A DNA stretch of 64,000 nt from Nitrospirota bacterium (GCA_016195565.1 JACPZK010000002.1:44422-108421), one strand, 5' to 3'. Positions 39,058-49,779 are shown, counted from the stretch's first letter. Program-made: numbers and translations. The notes: generated by a model not told the origin, from the sequence alone.

Positions 39058-40251
39058 ATGGCTCTCAGATACCTTACGTCAGGAGAATCGCACGGCAAAG
39101 TCCTTATAGGAATTCTTGAGGGGATTCCCTCAGGGCTTCCTGTTTCTTCCGGCGACATAGACAGTGACCTAAGAAGAAGACAGGGAGGCCACGGCCGTGG
39201 CGGACGAATGAAAATAGAGGCTGACCGCGCTCAAGTGCTGTCAGGCGCCCGCTTTGGCAAGACAATCGGCTCTCCAATAGCCCTCCTTATAGAAAATAAA
39301 GACTGGCAGAACTGGCAGGATATTATGAGTGTAACCCCCCTCACTCCCCCCTTAAATAAGGGGGGAAACAAATGGGGGTTAGTTGCCAGCCCACGGCCCG
39401 GGCACGCTGACCTTGCCGGCGCAGTTAAATATGACACGCATGATATAAGGAATATTCTTGAGCGCTCAAGCGCAAGGGAAACAGCAATGAGGGTCGCTCT
39501 TGGAGCAATAGCAAAGAGGTTTCTATCTGAATTCGGCATCAAGATAGGCAGCTATGTCATACAAATAGGGAAAGTTCAAAGTTCAAAATTAAAAATTAAA
39601 AGTTCAGAAAAAGAACTTTTAGAATCGTTCAGGAGTGCTGAAATATCTCCTGTGAGATGTCCTGATAAACCCTCATCAAAAAATATGGTTCAACTAATAG
39701 ACAAGGCTCTAAAAGAAGGAAATTCTCTTGGTGGAATCTTTGAGGTCTTTGCAACAGGCATCCCTGTCGGCCTCGGCAGCCATATACAATGGGACAAACG
39801 GCTTGACGGAAAACTTGCTCAGGCATTGATGTCCATTCAGGCTATTAAAGGTGTTGAAATCGGCATGGGTTTTGAAATGGGCGGGAAATCCGGGTCAGAG
39901 GTAATGGACGAGATATTTTATAAAAGTCCAAAGTTTTATAGGAAAACAAATAACGCCGGAGGGATTGAAGGCGGAATGACAAACGGGATGCCGATAATAA
40001 TAAGGGCGGCAATGAAACCAATACCCACATTAAGAAAGCCACTTGGTTCAGTTGATATCAATACAAAGAAGCCGATCAAAGCTGCTTACGAACGTTCTGA
40101 TGTTTGTGCTGTGCCTGCTGCAGGCGTTGTCGGCGAGGCGATGACAGCGCTTGTTATAGCTGACGCCTTCCTTGAGAAATTCAGCGGCGACAGCACAGCA
40201 GAGGTTAAGAGGAACTATAAATCCTACATTAAATATCTTTCTAAATTCTGA
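39058..40251 (+). CDS. aroC: Chorismate synthase
   Basis: TSGESHG, PRPGHAD, RSSARETA and NNAGGIEGG motifs. Confidence 0.98.
   Translation: MALRYLTSGESHGKVLIGILEGIPSGLPVSSGDIDSDLRRRQGGHGRGGRMKIEADRAQVLSGARFGKTIGSPIALLIENKDWQNWQDIMSVTPLTPPLNKGGNKWGLVASPRPGHADLAGAVKYDTHDIRNILERSSARETAMRVALGAIAKRFLSEFGIKIGSYVIQIGKVQSSKLKIKSSEKELLESFRSAEISPVRCPDKPSSKNMVQLIDKALKEGNSLGGIFEVFATGIPVGLGSHIQWDKRLDGKLAQALMSIQAIKGVEIGMGFEMGGKSGSEVMDEIFYKSPKFYRKTNNAGGIEGGMTNGMPIIIRAAMKPIPTLRKPLGSVDINTKKPIKAAYERSDVCAVPAAGVVGEAMTALVIADAFLEKFSGDSTAEVKRNYKSYIKYLSKF
39332..39381. repeat. C/G-run palindrome in frame inside aroC
   Basis: taaccccc...cccccttaaataagggggg...gggggtta, read as VTPLTPPLNKGGNKWGL. Confidence 0.8.
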
Positions 40252-40305
40252 CAGAATCTTGTCTGCTCGGAATATTTGTAAGAGACGGTTGTCTTTCGGT
40301 AATGT

Positions 40306-40412
40306 TAATACAAACGCATTAAGTAGAGTGTCATTACGAGGAGTGAAACGACGAAGCAATCTCGCAGTTATAATTTGAGATTGCCACGCTCCCGTTGGTC
40401 GCTCGTAATGAC
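40306..40412. mobile_element. GTCATTRCGAG-family palindromic element retaining one outer repeat
   Basis: Near reverse-complement copy of 13417-13522. Confidence 0.8.
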
Positions 40413-40517
40413 AACGTAAAAACATTTAGTCCGTTTCTGAATAATCGATAAATTAACTCCAAAAATGCGTTTAAATAATGCGATTGACATAATCAAAAAT
40501 ATAATGAAAAATACACT

Positions 40518-41027
40518 ATGAAAAATATTGTGCTGACCGGTTTTATGGGAACCGGCAAATCCGAGGCGAGCAAAGAACTTTCAAAAGTTCTCGGCTGGAA
40601 GGTAATAGACATTGATACAGAAATAGAGAAATCTCAGAGGATGAAAATCACCGGGATATTTAAACAGTTCGGAGAACCTGGGTTCAGGGATATTGAGACG
40701 GAGATGATAAAAAAACTTTCTAAAAACAAAAATGTTATTATCTCAACGGGAGGCGGCGCTGTCTTAAGGCAGGAGAATGTGGATGCCTTGAGAGAGAATG
40801 GAGTAATTATCTGTCTTACAGCCGCACCTGAGACCATACTGAAACGGACAAGCAACAATAACGACAGGCCATTGCTTCAGGTGGAAGAGCCTTTAAAGAA
40901 GATCAGGGAGCTTCTTGAATTCAGAATGCCTTATTATGAAAAAGCGGATATAATGATAGATACAGAGAACAAGACGCCTCTTGTGATTGCGGAGGAAATA
41001 ATAAAATTAGTTAAGAATGTTGGCTAA
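40518..41027 (+). CDS. aroK: Shikimate kinase
   Basis: GFMGTGKS, GEPGFRDIE, STGGG and RPLL motifs. Confidence 0.97.
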   Translation: MKNIVLTGFMGTGKSEASKELSKVLGWKVIDIDTEIEKSQRMKITGIFKQFGEPGFRDIETEMIKKLSKNKNVIISTGGGAVLRQENVDALRENGVIICLTAAPETILKRTSNNNDRPLLQVEEPLKKIRELLEFRMPYYEKADIMIDTENKTPLVIAEEIIKLVKNVG

Positions 41028-41046
41028 TGCATTTGAGGATGTTAAA

Positions 41047-42129
41047 GTGAAAAAGATAAGAGTTAACCTTGGAGAGAGAAGCTACGGCATCTGCATCGGA
41101 AGCAAGATTCTTGAAAAGATTGGTCCTAAGCTGAAATCTTTCAACTCAAGCCCAAAAACCGCAATCATAAGCAATCCGACCGTATATAGGCTTTACGGCA
41201 AAAAAGTTCTGAATTCCATAAGGTCATCAGGATTTGACGCCATCCCTGTAATCATCCTTGACGGAGAAAAATACAAGGACATAAGTATAGTTCAGAAGAT
41301 TTATGGAGAACTTCTCCGACACAGGCTTGACAGAAAATCTGCTCTCATCGCGCTTGGCGGTGGAGTCATTGGAGACATAACAGGTTTTGTCGCATCAACA
41401 TACATGAGGGGAATTGATTATATCCAGATTCCAACAACACTGCTTGCTCAGGTTGACAGTTCAGTCGGAGGCAAGACAGGCGTTAATCACAAGCTCGGCA
41501 AAAACATGATAGGCACATTCTACCAACCAAAACTTGTATGGATAGATATTGATACATTGAAAACCCTTCCTCAAAAAGAATTGCTTGCTGGGCTTGCCGA
41601 AGTAATCAAGTACGGCGTGATATGGGACGTGAAACTGTTTGCGTTTTTAGAGAATAACAGAGATAAAATCCTGAGGCTTGACAAGAAGTCATTAACTCAC
41701 ATAATCAAACGCTCCTGCGAGATTAAAGCTGAGGCCGTCTCAAAAGATGAGAGGGAAGCAGGGTTGAGGGCGATATTGAATTACGGGCATACGATAGGCC
41801 ATGCAATAGAGACAGTGACCGGATATAAAAAATATCTTCATGGTGAGGCTCTTGCCATCGGAATGTTTATCGAAGCAGAAATAGCTGAAAGCCTGAAGCT
41901 TCTCAAAGAGAAAACCGTTCAGAGAATAAAGTCATTGATCGAATCCTATGGGCTTCCAACTAAAATACCGGTTAGGATAAATCGAAACACTCTCCTTGCA
42001 TCCATGCAGCTTGATAAAAAAGCAGTTGCAGGAGAGTTGAAATTTATACTACCCGAGCGGATTGGAAAGGTGAGGATTCAGAATGGAATCGAGGGAAAGA
42101 TTATAAGAGAGGCCTTAAAGACAAACTGA
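41047..42129 (+). CDS. aroB: 3-dehydroquinate synthase
   Basis: GGGVIGD, PTTLLAQVDSSVGGKT and LNYGHTIGHAIE; likely GTG start at 41047. Confidence 0.97.
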   Translation: MKKIRVNLGERSYGICIGSKILEKIGPKLKSFNSSPKTAIISNPTVYRLYGKKVLNSIRSSGFDAIPVIILDGEKYKDISIVQKIYGELLRHRLDRKSALIALGGGVIGDITGFVASTYMRGIDYIQIPTTLLAQVDSSVGGKTGVNHKLGKNMIGTFYQPKLVWIDIDTLKTLPQKELLAGLAEVIKYGVIWDVKLFAFLENNRDKILRLDKKSLTHIIKRSCEIKAEAVSKDEREAGLRAILNYGHTIGHAIETVTGYKKYLHGEALAIGMFIEAEIAESLKLLKEKTVQRIKSLIESYGLPTKIPVRINRNTLLASMQLDKKAVAGELKFILPERIGKVRIQNGIEGKIIREALKTN

Positions 42130-42150
42130 GGACTTTTCATTTATTTTTTC

Positions 42151-44031
42151 TCAACCCTTCCCCAAAAACTTCCTCGCATCCCCGACGCGCATTGTGATTC
42201 TTTGCGTATCAAGATATTCAAGAATCGGAAGGGCGTATTTTCTTGAGGTATTCAGGATGTCTCTGAACTCCGCAACTGTCATCTCCTTCTTTTTGCTGAA
42301 GAAGTTTTTCAGCGCATCAATTATCTTTTCGTAAACAGACTTTGTTATATACATTGTCTCGTTAACCCTCACAAGGCTTCCCTGTTTTGCCATTAGCTTG
42401 AGGATATCATCAAGTTGTTTCTGCTGAAGATTTAAGGTCTTTGCAATCTCTTCTTTCAGCGGAGGCTGAAAGCCTGCCTGCTCAAGCAGATTCAGAATCT
42501 TTGTCTCAATGCCTTTATCAACCTCTGACAATGAGACTTTAAAGAATGAAAGGCGCATGAGGTCTTTGTCTATTACAACATTGTTCATTGTTGCTGTAAG
42601 CGCATTAAAGATTTTCTGGTCAATCTTAAGCTGCGCCCTCACCTCTTCTTTCGGCATGCCTGTTTTCAAGGAATTTTGTTTATGAAAGGCATTCAGGATT
42701 TTATCAATGCCTGCCCTGATTGAATTTACTGCAACGCTGTGAATAAGAATATTTTCATGCTGCACTATCACGCCTTTCTGTTCCAGCGCTTTTACCGCAT
42801 CCTGTATTGCAGGCACATCCGCATTTATCCAGCCTTCCAGCGTAGTAACAGGCATTCCATTTATGCCCGCCTTTTTTATCTTCACTCCTATCTTCTCCTC
42901 AAGTGTTCCGAGTTCCAAAATTTTCAGGTCTTCTATCCCCTCAGCCTTCTTCCTCCTGCCCGGATGCGCGTCAAGAATTTCGCCTCCGCCGATTGTCTCA
43001 ACAGGAGAGAACCTCCTTATAATGTACCTGTCTCCTGACATTACAATAACAGGCTCATGAAGCCTCAATTGACAGTAGCAGCCTTCGCCGGGTTTTATTT
43101 CCTCAAGGTTATACAGTATTACCCTTGCAATCATTTCAGATGTTCCTGAATGAAAATGGACAAGGCTTCTGTTTTTTAAAACAGGCGCATCTTCAAGAAG
43201 TTCTATTTTTGCATCTACAGCCTTTGCAGGAGAAAATCTCCCGGGAACGACAACAACATCCCCTCTTTTCAGGCTTTCTTTTTCTACTCCGGAAACATTT
43301 ATTGCAACCCTTTGGCCTGCATAAGCAGTCTTTATTGATTTCCCGTGGCTGTGAAGGCCGCGCACCTTGCTGTTTATATTTGCCGGAAGCACCTCAACAG
43401 GATCATCAACAGAAATACTTCCTGAGATGGCAGTGCCGGTAACTACAGTGCCGAATCCCTTCAGCGTAAAAACCCTGTCAATGGGAAGCCTGAAGAGCCC
43501 TTTTGTCAGCTTTGGTTTTACTGTTAGGGCAACGTCTCTGATTTTTTCCTTTAGGAGTTCTATATTCTTCCCTGTCTTTGATGAAACAGGGATTATATAC
43601 GCTCCTTCAAGGAATGTCCCTTTCACAAAATCCTTCACTTCTTCTGAAACAAGTTTTATCCAGTCATCTTCAACAAGGTCTGCCTTTGTAATAACAATCA
43701 GTCCCGATTTGATTTTAAGGAGATTACATATTGAAAGATGCTCTCTGCTCTGAGGCATTATTCCTTCGTCTGCCGCAATAACAAGGATGACAATATCAAT
43801 GCCTCCCGCGCCTGCAAGCATGTTTCTTACAAGCCTCTCATGTCCCGGAACATCAATAATGCCTACTGTAAGTCCGTCAGGATAAGCAAGGTCTGCAAAG
43901 CCGAGGTCAATCGTAATGCCGCGCTCTTTTTCTTCTTTCAGCCTGTCAGGGTCTATGCCTGTCAGCGCCTTGACCAATGCGCTCTTGCCGTGGTCGATAT
44001 GTCCTGCTGTGCCGAGTATTACATAGTGCAT
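42151..44031 (-). CDS. selB: Selenocysteine-specific translation elongation factor SelB
   Basis: [31 protein letters not shown] and C-terminal winged-helix [13 protein letters not shown]. Confidence 0.96.
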   Translation of the reverse strand: MHYVILGTAGHIDHGKSALVKALTGIDPDRLKEEKERGITIDLGFADLAYPDGLTVGIIDVPGHERLVRNMLAGAGGIDIVILVIAADEGIMPQSREHLSICNLLKIKSGLIVITKADLVEDDWIKLVSEEVKDFVKGTFLEGAYIIPVSSKTGKNIELLKEKIRDVALTVKPKLTKGLFRLPIDRVFTLKGFGTVVTGTAISGSISVDDPVEVLPANINSKVRGLHSHGKSIKTAYAGQRVAINVSGVEKESLKRGDVVVVPGRFSPAKAVDAKIELLEDAPVLKNRSLVHFHSGTSEMIARVILYNLEEIKPGEGCYCQLRLHEPVIVMSGDRYIIRRFSPVETIGGGEILDAHPGRRKKAEGIEDLKILELGTLEEKIGVKIKKAGINGMPVTTLEGWINADVPAIQDAVKALEQKGVIVQHENILIHSVAVNSIRAGIDKILNAFHKQNSLKTGMPKEEVRAQLKIDQKIFNALTATMNNVVIDKDLMRLSFFKVSLSEVDKGIETKILNLLEQAGFQPPLKEEIAKTLNLQQKQLDDILKLMAKQGSLVRVNETMYITKSVYEKIIDALKNFFSKKKEMTVAEFRDILNTSRKYALPILEYLDTQRITMRVGDARKFLGKG

Positions 44032-44131
44032 AAATTCACTATATTGTAGTAATCTTTATATATGTAAGACAAGGAAGAAAAACAGACCGGGGCTATGGCT
44101 GGATTGAGGCAAGATTCACGGGTCTGTTTTT

Positions 44132-44221
44132 GAGCTACAGAGCAGTAGAGCAGCAGTCCAGTAGTCAAAAACAAGTTTCACTAAAAACGACTGCTCTACT
44201 GAGCTGCTGCGCTATTGCTCT
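44132..44221. repeat. Octamer tandem repeats in head-to-head arrangement (AGAGCAGT-type / CTGCTCTA-type)
   Basis: gagctaca gagcagta gagcagca ... ctgctcta ctgagctg ctgcgcta ttgctct. Confidence 0.65.
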
Positions 44222-44286
44222 AATGTTAAGGCAGTTTAATATTGCCGAAAGACAGTTATAGCCTCCATTTAAGGACACATTTACAA

Positions 44287-45261
44287 ATGAAAAAGATTGC
44301 GATAACAATGGGCGACGCAGCCGGAGTAGGGCCTGAGATAATTGCCAAAGCCCTTTACTGCGCTGAGATAAGAGACTTCTGCGCTCCCCTCGTAATCGGA
44401 AGCAGAATTGTCATGCAGGAGGCGATAGACCTGCTTAACCTTCCTCTGAAATTAAGAATCATCGAATCACCTGATGAATGCACATCAGGAATAGGGACAA
44501 TTGAGCTTATTGATGAGAGAACATCTGGAGGTTTTGAAAAAGGTAAGGCAACTGCAAAAAACGGAAAGGCATGTGTCATTTATATCAAAAAAGCAGTTGA
44601 ACTCGCTCTGAATAAAAAAGTTGACGGAATTGTTACTGCGCCTATTTCAAAAGAGGCATTGAAGATGGCAGGCATGAAATGGCATGGCCACACTGAAATG
44701 CTTGTTGAGCTTACAGACACAAAAGATTACGCAATGATGCTTGTCGGCGAGCCTTTAAGGGTGATTCTTGTCACGATACATACTCCGCTCAGGAGCGTGC
44801 CGGACATGATTACAAGAGAAAGCGTATTAAAAACCATAAAGCTTGCAAAGAAAGCATGCGATATGTTGGGGATAGAAAATCCGAGGATTGCAGTTGCAGG
44901 ATTAAATCCACATGCAGGAGAAGCAGGGATATTCGGAAGTGAAGAAAGCAATGCGATTATCCCCGCAATTGAAGAGGCAAAAAAATTAGGGATTCCTGTT
45001 ACAGACCCTTATCCGCCGGATACCGTATTCAACAAAGCGTATAATGGTCAGATTGACATGGTGGTATGCATGTACCACGACCAGGGGCTGATACCGTTGA
45101 AGATGATTGCCTTTGACAAAGGGGTAAATGTTACAGTTGGACTGCCATTTGTAAGGACATCGCCTGACCACGGAACAGCTTATGACATTGCATGGAAAGG
45201 AATAGCCAATCCTTCAAGCATGCTTGAGGCAATAAAACTGGCATCAAGGCTTGAAGTGTAG
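44287..45261 (+). CDS. pdxA: 4-hydroxythreonine-4-phosphate dehydrogenase
   Basis: TMGDAAGVGPE, GHTE, GLNPHAGE, MYHDQG and RTSPDHGTA motifs. Confidence 0.95.
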   Translation: MKKIAITMGDAAGVGPEIIAKALYCAEIRDFCAPLVIGSRIVMQEAIDLLNLPLKLRIIESPDECTSGIGTIELIDERTSGGFEKGKATAKNGKACVIYIKKAVELALNKKVDGIVTAPISKEALKMAGMKWHGHTEMLVELTDTKDYAMMLVGEPLRVILVTIHTPLRSVPDMITRESVLKTIKLAKKACDMLGIENPRIAVAGLNPHAGEAGIFGSEESNAIIPAIEEAKKLGIPVTDPYPPDTVFNKAYNGQIDMVVCMYHDQGLIPLKMIAFDKGVNVTVGLPFVRTSPDHGTAYDIAWKGIANPSSMLEAIKLASRLEV

Positions 45262-45404
45262 ATTTGGAGGGAATTAATAACTTAAAGTTTCCCATTCTGT
45301 ATTTCTACTGTCCTGTCCGTAACACTTCTTTACACTTTTATGTAGTGGCATTCCGGCTTGTCCAAAATATTTCCCCTTTTAAAAGAAGGATTCCCGACAA
45401 GCTC

Positions 45405-45474
45405 CACATCCCCTTATTTTTTAAATCCCTAAATTTTCTCCCTATCTTATCCCTCACCCCTCAAAAAAGGCAAG
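45405..45474. repeat. Array-boundary repeat, copy A
   Basis: cacatccccttattttttaaat...tatcttatccc...ctcaaaaaaggcaag; close match to 50013-50080. Confidence 0.85.
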
Positions 45475-45516
45475 ACCGCATTCAATAGTGTCAGAGTATT
45501 AAAGGGGCAGAACAGT

Positions 45517-45711
45517 TTAAGCAAGTATCGTTTTTACGCGGCCTATTTCTCCGCTTTCCATGCGAACTTTGATTCCATGCGGATGTGCGGGTGAATTAGT
45601 TAAAATATCCCTTACAATTCCTTCAGTGAGCTTCCCTGTCTGCTGGTCTTTTTTCAGCACGATTGAAACACGTAATCCACGTTTTATATCTGCGCGTCTG
45701 GTCCCGTCCAT
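45517..45711 (-). CDS. YwbE-family (DUF2196) small protein
   Basis: IVLKKDQ..GKLTEG.V.DILT.S..HPHGIKVR...G..GRV; AGGAG RBS. Confidence 0.9.
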   Translation of the reverse strand: MDGTRRADIKRGLRVSIVLKKDQQTGKLTEGIVRDILTNSPAHPHGIKVRMESGEIGRVKTILA

Positions 45712-45771
45712 AAAGTGCTCTCCTGTGAGTCATTTTTTGACTCCATAATCTTACTTAATTTTCCTGTGCCC

Positions 45772-45975
45772 TTATCTTCTTTTTTTATCTGATGTATCTT
45801 TCCGTGCAGTGCAGGTGATGATGAAATTTTCAGGCTCCAGATCAGGATTTTTCTCAAGCTCCTCAACAAAAATATTGATTGCCTTTCGCATAAAGGCTGA
45901 GAAGTTTATGCCCCTTGGCAATGTGTGGATCCTCTGACGCGTGTCTTCGTCGATTGATACTGTGTGTTTTGCCAT
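45772..45975 (-). CDS. Small protein, probable ribbon-helix-helix DNA binder
   Basis: HTVSIDED...GINFSAFMRKAI strand-helix-helix pattern; AGGAG RBS. Confidence 0.55.
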   Translation of the reverse strand: MAKHTVSIDEDTRQRIHTLPRGINFSAFMRKAINIFVEELEKNPDLEPENFIITCTARKDTSDKKRR

Positions 45976-46062
45976 AATCACTCCTTTTTCAATGAATGCT
46001 GTGAATGTTTAAATAAGGTAGAGGCGTTGATGAGGATGCCGGAGAAATAACCATATTTTCAG

Positions 46063-46140
46063 AAATCCTCAAATTTTTTCTTATCTTATCCCGCCCCGCT
46101 CAAAAAAGGCAAGCAGGAAACAAGTGCAATAGAGCAAAAG
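46063..46140. repeat. Array-boundary repeat, copy B
   Basis: 46099-46140 is identical over 42 nt to 50066-50107. Confidence 0.85.
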
Positions 46141-46389
46141 TCAGAAGTGCGGAAGAAGTTCAAAAATATGATAGTGCGGAAGCGCGGGAAGTTATCCTGC
46201 CTTTTCGGTATCGCCACCGGGAAATTTAACCTAACGTAAAAGTTAACAATAACATCAAAAGGACAAAAAGCAATTTTTTTGCAAATATATGTGTTTGCAT
46301 TTTTTATTGATTTGCAGTATATTTTAATAAATAATCGCATATAAGGATCCTGCAATATCCCGCAGGATATCTAACTTAAGGAGGCAACT

Positions 46390-46845
46390 ATGAAAAAGAC
46401 TCTATTAGCACTCGCGGCAATGGTGTCAATGGTCTTCATTGCAGGATCTGTAATGGCGGCGGAAAAACCTCTTACCCCTGCAACCCTTCAGGGCGCAACC
46501 GTGGTAGATGATGGCTGGGTTAAGGCAAACCATGGCAAGATGAAGGTCTTTGACGTCAGAAAGAAGGCAGAATATGTTGAGGCACACATCCCTGGCGCTG
46601 TTTCCGTTCCATACGACGAAAAAAGCGAACATGTAGTCGATTTTGATGCAAAAAAGGATGAGCTTGACCTCAGCAAATTTCCTGCTGACAAGAATGCGCC
46701 TATTATTGTGTATTGCAATGGACCAAGGTGCTGGAAATCCTATAAAGCATCAGTCCTTCTTATTAAGGCAGGGTACAAAAAAGTCTACTGGTATCGTAAT
46801 GATGGCTCTGTTGGGTGGAAATCAAAGGGTTATCCTGTTGAGTAA
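46390..46845 (+). CDS. Exported single-domain rhodanese-like protein
   Basis: Signal peptide, DVR...EY..AHIPGA, active loop YCNGPRCWKS; AAGGAGG RBS. Confidence 0.9.
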   Translation: MKKTLLALAAMVSMVFIAGSVMAAEKPLTPATLQGATVVDDGWVKANHGKMKVFDVRKKAEYVEAHIPGAVSVPYDEKSEHVVDFDAKKDELDLSKFPADKNAPIIVYCNGPRCWKSYKASVLLIKAGYKKVYWYRNDGSVGWKSKGYPVE

Positions 46846-46847
46846 CC

Positions 46848-46885
46848 TTAAGCAGGGGGTGTATGTTAATACCTCCCCTGCTTAA
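46848..46885. terminator. Intergenic hairpin
   Basis: ttaagcagggg...cccctgcttaa, 11-bp inverted repeat. Confidence 0.45.
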
Positions 46886-46888
46886 ACA

Positions 46889-47563
46889 ATGATTGATATC
46901 TCTTGCAAAATAATTTTATTCCTCCTGTGTTTTCTGGGTATTGGAGATGTTGCCTATGGCGAAGATAGCCGTTTTATTTTTGATAAGAATGAATACAATT
47001 TAGGAACATTAGAAGAAGGCCGCTTATTATCATTTGACATCCCCTTAAAGAACACGACAACCAAACCATTGAATATCATTTCTCTTGAACCTTCCTGTGG
47101 GTGCGTTAATGCAGTTGTAATTAACGGAAGTATCGGCAGAGGTGATACAGGTATTATCAGGGTTACTATCGATACCACGGGGAAAATAGGCAAGGTAATG
47201 AAAACAATCGAGGTCGTAACCGATATCTCTGCGACTCCGTTCGTTCTTAAGCTGAGGGCATTGGTCAAGCATTCCGGCAACGGAGTTGCAAACGCAGGCG
47301 CTATCTTCCATGGAGACTGCAGAAAATGCCATGTAGGAACGGATATAAAATCAAAACAGGGTGAAATACTCTATAACGCTGTGTGTTTTATGTGCCATAA
47401 AAACTATTCAACCTATAAACATTTGAGTAAGGAGTCGCTTGAAAAATCAATTTCAGACGGGATAACCAATACTTCAATGCCGGGGTTTGCCGAAACTAAT
47501 GGGGGGCCGCTCTCGCCTGAACAAATATCTTCACTTATAGATTTTTTAAAAAAGCAAAAATAA
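46889..47563 (+). CDS. Exported DUF1573 (Ig-like) + c-type cytochrome protein
   Basis: Signal peptide, SCGC motif, CRKCH and CFMCH, distal TSMPGF. Confidence 0.8.
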   Translation: MIDISCKIILFLLCFLGIGDVAYGEDSRFIFDKNEYNLGTLEEGRLLSFDIPLKNTTTKPLNIISLEPSCGCVNAVVINGSIGRGDTGIIRVTIDTTGKIGKVMKTIEVVTDISATPFVLKLRALVKHSGNGVANAGAIFHGDCRKCHVGTDIKSKQGEILYNAVCFMCHKNYSTYKHLSKESLEKSISDGITNTSMPGFAETNGGPLSPEQISSLIDFLKKQK

Positions 47564-47649
47564 GGCGCCCGCATTTTGGCAATGTACTGCTCAAACAATT
47601 TCCTGCTGGCCCCTGAGATTATAATATCATTCCTTGCAACAGGCCGCAT

Positions 47650-49779
47650 CTATACACGAAAACTTTCAACCTGCCTGTTTAACAAGGTCCCCTGAGTTTC
47701 AAGGTTGTCTACCATTCTATCAAGTTCTGTGGCCAGGCTAACATTCTTCTCAGCCTCTGCCATCAGGGTTTCGATTGCGTTTAGAATATTCCCGACTGCA
47801 TTCTTCTGTTCAGCAGTAGCATGTGTTATAGCCTTCATCCTTTGAGATGCGTCAGCTATTACTTTAGATATCGAACTGCTTTCTGCCGATTGTTCTGCAG
47901 TAGATTTTTTTACCATTTGCGTAAATCTTCTTACATTCTCTGTTGAAAGCAGAATATGCTCTAATGCCTTATTCTGCTCATTTGTAGCCTTTTTAATCCC
48001 TTCTGCCATCATATTGACCCTCTGGATATTTGTTGCCATCTGTCCAACACCTTTCGTTTGCTCATCTATTGCAATTTCAATCCTTTTTGCCATCTCAAGT
48101 GATATTCCTGAGCTGTCTATAATTGTAGTAAGGGCGTCCTCAGCATCTTTTGATAATTTTTCGGTTTCTGAAACTCTTTCTAAGACGCGACCTGTTGAAC
48201 TCCCTGCTTCAGCTACCTTTTCCTGTATTTTTTTTATCAATTCTTCGATTTCCTTGGTAGAAACAGCAGTCCTCTCGGCAAGTCCTTTTACTTCATCAGC
48301 TACAACGGCAAAGCCCTTTCCATGTTCACCTGCCTGTGCTGCCAGAATAGCAGCGTTTAAGGAGAGGAGGTTAGTAGTATCAGATATCCCGTTAATAACT
48401 TCTACTATATTCCCTATGTCAATTGACATATCTCCAAGTTTGCCAACAACCTCTACTGTTGAAGAAATCTCATCTTTTATTTTTTCTATCCCATTCCTCG
48501 TTATTTTCACAGCCTTAAGCCCAAGTACAGAAGCATTATTCTTAACTTTTGCAGACATGACTGCCTCTTCCTTTGAAAATGCGCTGACCTCAGTAATTGA
48601 TGCACTCATTTCAGTTATGGTTGCAACAACATCTTCAGTTTCTCTGAAGAGTGTTTCTACACCGGAAGCTACCTCTTTTAACGATGCTGCTATCTGGTTT
48701 ATAGATGATGCTGTTCCGGCCGTTAGTGAGTCAAGTTCTTCAGAATGTTTCGCAATCTCTGTAGCGGCGGCGGCCATTTCAAAAGACGATGACGAAGTGT
48801 CTTCTGTAAATCTGTGGAGTTCTTCTATATCATTTGCTACCGCTTTAATAGAAGCTGACATCTCTTCGGTAGAAGCTGATGTTGTCTCAATCGCCTCCAT
48901 CTGTGTTTTTGCTGAATCCTGAACCAGTTTTGAGGAGCGTCCAATAGCATTAGATGCGGAAGAGACTTCGCGGGAAACTTCAAGAAGGCCTTTTACCATA
49001 TTCTGCATGCCTTCTGTAAATTTATTAAACCATCCGGCAAGGGTGCCAATCTCATCTTCCGAGGCGATGGCGAGCCTTCTGGTCAAGTCACCTTTGCCTT
49101 CAGCTATATCTTTAAGCACAACGACTGTATCGTTAATAGGTCTGGTAATAGAACGATTTATGGTAATCCCGAAGAAAAGGAAGACGGCAATCAGGAAGAG
49201 TGATGTAATTATAACAAGCCGGTTAATATTAGCTATAACTTTCTGTTTCTCCGTATAATATTCAATTACTGCCTTCTCCTGAGCCTCAGCCATTTTATCT
49301 ATCGACTTAAATATCAGAGGCCTGAAATCAAGATATTCGTCTATAAGGCCTGGTACCCCCTTTGGATTATTACTAAAGTAAACACCTTGCAGCTTAACAG
49401 CTACTTTTTTAAATCCGCTGTACCCCTTCTCAAAATTATCCTTATCTTTTAGTAAGGCATCATCAGTGATTTTGCCCTTCACATCGCTCCATAATCTGTC
49501 CACTTCATTTAGCGATATCTTTAGATGCTCCCCCGAACCTATTGCTGCAACTAAATCTGATGTCACAGCGGCCATGCGATACTCAAGCTCCCTGAAGATA
49601 AGCTGCATCTTTCTGAGGTTGTCAAGCGGCACAACTTTTTGGGAATAAATTTCTTCAAGTGTATTTAATTGTTTTTTCCCCATTATAATTATTCCGATTG
49701 TAAAGGTTATAAATACAACAAGCGATAATATAACCCCAATCAGCACTTTTTGTGATATTTTTACCTTTTTAAAAAACAT
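47650..49779 (-). CDS. Methyl-accepting chemotaxis protein (four-helix-bundle sensor, HAMP)
   Basis: Two TM helices, GDLTRRL...DEIG, TNLLSLNAAILAAQAGEHGKGFAVVADEV. Confidence 0.95.
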   Translation of the reverse strand: MFFKKVKISQKVLIGVILSLVVFITFTIGIIIMGKKQLNTLEEIYSQKVVPLDNLRKMQLIFRELEYRMAAVTSDLVAAIGSGEHLKISLNEVDRLWSDVKGKITDDALLKDKDNFEKGYSGFKKVAVKLQGVYFSNNPKGVPGLIDEYLDFRPLIFKSIDKMAEAQEKAVIEYYTEKQKVIANINRLVIITSLFLIAVFLFFGITINRSITRPINDTVVVLKDIAEGKGDLTRRLAIASEDEIGTLAGWFNKFTEGMQNMVKGLLEVSREVSSASNAIGRSSKLVQDSAKTQMEAIETTSASTEEMSASIKAVANDIEELHRFTEDTSSSSFEMAAAATEIAKHSEELDSLTAGTASSINQIAASLKEVASGVETLFRETEDVVATITEMSASITEVSAFSKEEAVMSAKVKNNASVLGLKAVKITRNGIEKIKDEISSTVEVVGKLGDMSIDIGNIVEVINGISDTTNLLSLNAAILAAQAGEHGKGFAVVADEVKGLAERTAVSTKEIEELIKKIQEKVAEAGSSTGRVLERVSETEKLSKDAEDALTTIIDSSGISLEMAKRIEIAIDEQTKGVGQMATNIQRVNMMAEGIKKATNEQNKALEHILLSTENVRRFTQMVKKSTAEQSAESSSISKVIADASQRMKAITHATAEQKNAVGNILNAIETLMAEAEKNVSLATELDRMVDNLETQGTLLNRQVESFRV

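Noticed and set aside
48014-48922. 302-aa plus-strand ORF and other long antisense ORFs (e.g. 29830-30495, 37249-37827, 59109-59822)
   Set aside because: Shadow frames of well-supported genes on the opposite strand, with no recognisable motifs.
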